Origin: the human T2T-CHM13v2.0 reference genome, Homo sapiens
Assembly (NCBI RefSeq): GCF_009914755.1
Contig: NC_060929.1
Strand: one strand, 5' to 3'
DNA: 64,000 nt
The stretch's first letter is position 1. Each line of letters opens with the position of its first letter. This document shows positions 57,748 to 64,000 of this stretch, piece by piece. The translations under genes were made by a program, and so were the position numbers. The notes beneath the pieces were generated by a model that was given only the letters and a program-made list of their open reading frames with translations, had not been told where the DNA came from and did not search any database.

Positions 57748-59349
57748 ACAAGTTTTCTTATTAATGACTTTTCTTTGACTAAAAACTAATTGAACAAAGT
57801 TGAAAAAGAGATATCAAAAAATTATAGCAATATTTTTGTTAATTTTATAATTTTTTAAATTAACTCAAAATTTTGTTTCATTAAAGTTCCTTTTTCTGTG
57901 AAGTTCAGTGGCCATATTAGACCTTGATATTTAGAAAAATGAAAATATTAAAATAGAGAACAGAGAAAACAAAGATTTCATTACTACCCTAGAATTCAGC
58001 TTGGTGGTAGAAGGAATTGTGTTCATCAGTTTGTTCATAAAATTCTGTAGGCCATATGGAGAAGATTAAATGTTATGTTATTGGTAGAACTATTTGGAAA
58101 ATTAGAGAGGACACACTATATAAAAGTAAAACATTTCTCATTTAATTTACAGTACTAGAGAATGCCAAATGCTGTCCTTGTATGAATTAGGTACAAAATG
58201 TTTATTATGACAGATTTTTAAACAGAACTTAGGACACATTCTGTGTAATTAATAACAGGAGATGTTTCTTAATTCGTGATATCAACTCCTTTATAAGCAT
58301 ATTTTGGAGATTATCTTTTAATGAAAATATACCATATTTCTAGCATAGATGTAAATCACTCATGCTTAAAGGAATGACTTCTACAGGGTGATATGATCTC
58401 ATTCAGAGATACTAGAGCTTTGGTACTGTTCTGTAGGTTGGTTTTAGTTCCCTTCAAAACAAGATCACACTGTTAAATTTTATTTCCATAACTTGCTCAT
58501 ATGTGTAACATGGCATATTTCTGTCTTGTATTAGTTGACTATAAATTTAATAAAATAATAGCTGGCCAGCAGAAAAAATAAGCATAAATATCTTGAGAAG
58601 AAGCATATTCCATTTGGACTGTTTTGTTTTTTCATACTAAATGTGTTGGAAAAGTTTCTGATTTTTCTCGCTGCAGTTGTGGCTCTTAAGTAATTTCTTT
58701 TGATTTACCATGAAGATCATATTATGACTGCCTATTTCAAATCATTCTTAAAATCTTTCCGTTTTTCTTGCAGTGTGCCATGATATTTATAAGTATTAAA
58801 ATTTTTTAGGTACCTGAAATAATCTACAGATATGCTTGTGTAGTGAACCAAGAAATGTGATAAAATGAATGCATAGGACACTTATAGACATAAAAGGACA
58901 TTTGCTTCAAAATGGCATTTGTACCCAGGGTTAAAAACAGGTTATTTTCCTGGCCCAGAGAAATGTACTCTCTTTACAATGACATATTGTTCCCTGAATT
59001 TGGATGAGTAATGGCACCAGAGCCATTTTACATGTGAGTCCAGATCTCTTAGATTCTTTTAATCCTGTTTAATCACTCAGGTGATGAGTATGCAGGATGA
59101 AAATATTTTTGATAAAAGGCATAGCTCATTCATCTAAAAAGTTATTAATGTTTTCTTCTACCTTCCTTACAAAATACCTTTTCAGAAACAGACCTATTTA
59201 TAAACACTGGTAAAGAATCAGACAGTGGTAAGGACTGTCATGAAGCCCCACTCACTGTCATGGTGTCTTCTAGACATATATTTTTCTTTGATGATAGTAA
59301 AGGTTGGCCTCTGCCATTTCAGAGCACACAAACAAATCTAATCAGGAGT

Positions 59350-59446
59350 TCTTATCAGTTGTGTTCACTGCTATATCCCCATCCCCTAAAACAGAGCCTA
59401 GCACATAGTAGGCACTCAGTAAATATTTCTGAATGAATGAATGAAT
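59350..59446 (+). mobile_element. L2a 3' terminus
   Basis: tgttcactgctatatcccca...cctagcacatagtaggcactcagtaaatattt followed by (gaat)n. Confidence 0.85.
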
Positions 59447-59866
59447 ATATTGTGCAATAGTATTCTATTAGAGCTGTCACTTATGTGAGTCAGTTTTTAT
59501 TAGATCATTGGGCTAATCAAGTCAAAGATATAATCATGTGAAGCTGCTGACTTTTTAAGAGAGAACTCTCTGGTCTTTTGCAATATTTTATTATTTTAAC
59601 CTAAAATTTTCTAAAATGTGATTTTTCTAGAAGTATAAGTTCATGCTGTAGAATTTAAAGCTGAGAAGGACCTTAAAACCTGTACTTCTGTACCAACATC
59701 ATCAGAGGGGCCCATTTGTCCTTCTCAAAGAGCAACTTGGAATACTTTCTATACTGCTTCACATCTGGCATATATCTTCAGAAAGCTGTATTCCAGTAAG
59801 GGATGCCTCTAGAATGAAAGGAGGTACACAGTGAGAAATTTTGTAAAGTATTCTTTGCTTAGTTCC

Positions 59867-60423
<557 letters not shown>

Positions 60424-60469
60424 GTTCCTTTCTGCTAAATTAGCTTGACAAGTGGTTGCTTAAAAACAC

Positions 60470-60605
60470 ATCTTGCAGCATTTGTCCCAACTCTGCCATC
60501 TGCTAACTTTCTGATGTTGGGCAAATTATTTAACTTCTTGATGCCTCAGGTTATTATTCATAAAATGGTGATAATTATAGTGCATGCTTCATAGTATTAA
60601 TATTA
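60470..60605 (+). mobile_element. MIR SINE
   Basis: ctctgccatctgctaac...ttgggcaaattatttaacttc...gcctcagg...taaaatgg. Confidence 0.75.
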
Positions 60606-60622
60606 CTTTGGTAAGTTAATGA

Positions 60623-60827
60623 GCAGGGTTTAGGAATCTTATTCTGTAAACAGATAGATAGTAAATACTTCAGGCTTTGTATGCCATGTGTTACCTCTAC
60701 ACTACTTAATTCTATTGTGTCATACAAGCAATATAGGTAATCCATGAATGAATTAATATGGCTCTGTTCCAGTAAAACTTTATTTACTCAAACAGACATT
60801 CCAGGAGCTGAGGTTTGTGGACCCCTG
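60623..60827. mobile_element. MER58A-like (hAT-Charlie) MITE
   Basis: caggg...cccctg termini; gatagtaaatacttcaggctttg and ctgttccagtaaaactttattta. Confidence 0.8.
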
Positions 60828-61171
60828 ATCTAAAATATTGCTTAATAGATAATCAAGTTAAAAATGATTAAATCTTTTATTCCCTTTTGAATTTTTTTTT
60901 CAGTTAACATATCATGGATATACAGAATTCTTCAATGTATTAAAAAACACTGTATGTTTGCAAATCTAATTTTTTAACAAAATTACAGATTTATTATAAT
61001 GTAAAAGAATGTCTAAAAACTTCTGGTAGCAAATCCTTAAATTAATCAAGGGATAGGATTAGAAAATGTTTTTAAAGGAAAGTAAATGGAATAGGTTTAG
61101 GATAGGTTTCAGGGCACTCTGATGTGTTTCAAGTCAAGCAGCTGGGAAGCATCAGGAATGGGGCTGAAGTG

Positions 61172-61181
61172 GTGTGAGTGA

Positions 61182-61217
<36 letters not shown>
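61172..61217. repeat. (TGAG)n(TG)n microsatellite
   Basis: About 15 pure TG units after gtga repeats. Confidence 0.95.
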
Positions 61218-61219
<2 letters not shown>

Positions 61220-61534
61220 TGCTGTCTAGTCTGTGGCCTTTTTACCTGTCAATCATCCATACTGTAATTGAATTTAGAAAGTATATTTACCTCCTGGTCA
61301 TACAGAAATTGAATATAAAGCAATGTGTATTTGTGAAGATGGATAAGTAATATATTAACAAACCCAAATTTTTATTTTATAGAACGTAACTACACTGTCT
61401 GGTTGTATTAATGCTAGAAATATTATTCCAGTAGCATTTTTATCAGAGTTTGATGACTTCAATCAAATTCTATCCATTTATATAGTAGTAGATTGTACTT
61501 ATATTCAATTATTTCTTAGTTAATTTTTCACTTT

Positions 61535-62220
61535 ATTCATTCATTTGGCAATAATTTGTTGAATACCTTCCCTAGGTTAGAATCTGAGAGTGACAATATG
61601 AAAAAACATAGTTCCAGGGATCAAGAAGTTTATAGTAGAATAAGGATAATAGAGAAGCAGTAAGGTGGTAACATGATGGTTGACAAAAGTACCATAGAAG
61701 GACACCCAGGGGGTTGTGAATCTACAGAGCACATAACCCAGCCTATCCAAGAGGTGACACCTAGGATAAGACCTAGGTGTCAGAAGTTATTGTTAGCAAG
61801 TTTAAGGATGCCAGGAAACGCATTTTAGACAAATAGAGCACCAAGGTGAGAGATCACAAGGAGACAGAAAGTAGATCATTAGAACTGAGTAAAATGAGAA
61901 GGGGTTGGGGAGGTTGCAGGTCTTTATCTGCATAATTCCTGGGATGGTGACTAAAGAATTTAAGTTGAAGAATAGCATAACTGAATTTATCCTTGAGGAA
62001 GAATGATCTAGTGGCAAGGTGGGGAATTCATTGGAGGAAGGTGATGCTGGAGTTTGAAACAAATTAAGAAGATTCTGTAGTAGTAATCTCGATGAGAGAT
62101 GATGCCAGTTGGACTTCTGGAGAAAAATTTAGGAGCTAAAATTAAAAGCTTTGAAGATTGATTTCTGAGGGAAATGAGAGTGAAGATATAATCAGGATGA
62201 CTTCTGGACTTCTGGCTCTC
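61535..62220 (-). mobile_element. L2 fragments
   Basis: ttcattcatttggcaataatttgttgaatacc...tcaagaagtttatagt and aggatgacttctggacttctggct. Confidence 0.65.
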
Positions 62221-62529
62221 TTTTATACTAATTTATTTATATTCAGTATCTCAGGTATGAAATTTCATCAACACATTATTTGTTCTTTTTATAAAGCAGT
62301 GATAGTGCTGATATATTTAAGAGTTTGTTCCTTGATGAGTATAATAGTAAAGCTAAAGAATATGTAGGGTGTTGAGGTCTGATTAACAAGCTTGAGTTTG
62401 TCCTAAAGTTGAGTGTTAACCAGTGTCTGCCACTGTTACAATTATGAAATTCAAATTCTATAAGTAATGTAACTGGCAAGCAGCCATGGGTAGTGCCTTA
62501 ATAGCAGCATAGGCAATAGCTATCACTGG

Positions 62530-62596
62530 ATGAAGAGGAGTAGGAAAAAGAGGAAGAAGAAAAGAAAGAGTAGGGGGAAGAGGAAGAGGCAGAGGA
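62530..62596. repeat. GA-rich polypurine low complexity
   Basis: gaagaggag...aaagag...gaggaagagg. Confidence 0.7.
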
Positions 62597-64000
62597 TTCC
62601 TGTTTGAGATTGGGAATCAGGGAAGCAGATAATTTTTCCCTTAGATTTAAAAGAAAATACGACAATTAATGACGTCCCCAAAAGATTTCAGGGAACATGA
62701 AGTTGCTTCTGAGAACTCTCTAGGTTGCTCCACTGTGGTTATGCCCTTTCTCTGTTTATAGTTTATGGATAGGCTCATCCTATAATACAAACTGTTCTTT
62801 GTTTCTCCATTCGCTTCTGTCCAAGAAGCACTGGAGATAATCAAAGATGAAGAAAGAACCTTTTAATTAATTAAAGTTGTTTTGTAGCTTGCCTTTGAAG
62901 TTTCTTTTCTGGGAACTTCTTCAGCAGCTCAAATCAGCCATGTGACCCTGTAAGGCAGCTTGCTGAAACTGAAGGCCTGCAAACAGTCTTGTTTACCATG
63001 CTATACACTTTTGCTAAGGCACACACTTTCTTCACCTTTCAGTCACAACAACAATAAAAGTAAGTTAAAATCTGACTAGAATTCAGTAGTACATTACTTT
63101 GGCATTCCAACTAAATGATTACCTTGATTAAGCCAAAGTATATTTTGGAAGGAATGAGTATGTCCCCTACTTTTATTTATTTTCTAATAACATTTTATTT
63201 TATACATAGTTTTCAGTTAGGAATCATACACTACTGAATTATTGCTCTTTTTAATTACCAAAGCATGCTGAATTAAACTACAAATACCAGATAAGACAGA
63301 GGACAGAACAAACTGGCACTCTCCAGTACTTAAAAATTTTATTTTATGTTCTTAAACACATTTCACAGATGTTAGATTTTTAAATGGGACCTATTTTTTA
63401 CATCATTCCAGTAAAGCTGGAAAACAATCTTGATGTCTGTTGTTGGAGGTGCTATGAGCAGAGGAGAAAAATTTTTACCAGTAGTCCTGTCCCATCAATA
63501 TATGATGTGCTTTATGGCAAGAGCAGCCATTAGTAGTGTTGTCACCTTTTGTGGCTTTGACTAAATCCTGATCTGCCTTAAGGTTTTGCCTAAAAGAACC
63601 ATTGCTAATAGTAACATGCTGGTCTGTTTGAGGCAATTTCCTTGCAAATCCTCAGTCATGCCATGTTATGTCAAGTTGTGTACTAAAGCAGTAGTTTTTG
63701 ATTGAAATTCTCACACATATCTATTATTATCGTTGTAATTGGTAAAATAAATTTTTGTTCAATATTTTGAGTGTTTGAGTGTTTTAAGTTCAATGTTCTG
63801 AGGGTTTTTAAACACAAACTTTTGTTCTGGTGGTTTGGCACACAAAACACTGTTGCAAATGCTTTACCCATATTGTCATTTAATTTTCCTTCTAACTCTA
63901 GAAAACGGGTACTGTTATGTGCTATTTCAGATGAGAAAATTAAGCTCAAAGCTTATGTGACATGCTCAAGTTTATATGGCAAATTAATTCATGTTGGAGC

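Overview
AT-rich, CpG-poor primate genomic DNA, most likely human or great ape given AluY and an L1PA3/4-type element. I find no supportable protein-coding exon: every recognisable ORF in the track is a decayed L1, Alu or MaLR fragment, and the rest look like chance ORFs. The window is dominated by interspersed repeats: L1 (L1PA, L1PB, L1MA, L1MC types), Alu J/S/Y, LTR elements (a two-LTR MST provirus, THE1, MLT2, MER21, MSTD/MLT1A), DNA transposons (MER47, MER5, MER58), L2 and MIR. Nearly all large L1 3' ends and all LTRs are on the minus strand, suggesting a long intron of a gene transcribed on +. The most notable object is a TSD-flanked chimeric retrocopy of U6atac snRNA nt 1-80 fused to an L1 3' end (45697-46053). 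Also notable are a nested complex of two 5'-inverted L1s, a 64-nt near-perfect hairpin in apparently unique DNA (35061-35124), a consensus DUX4 site in a THE1 LTR, and two palindrome-rich unique segments. Subfamily names come from my recall of consensus sequences, not from a search, and boundaries of old repeats are approximate. I found no convincing wholly new biological system.
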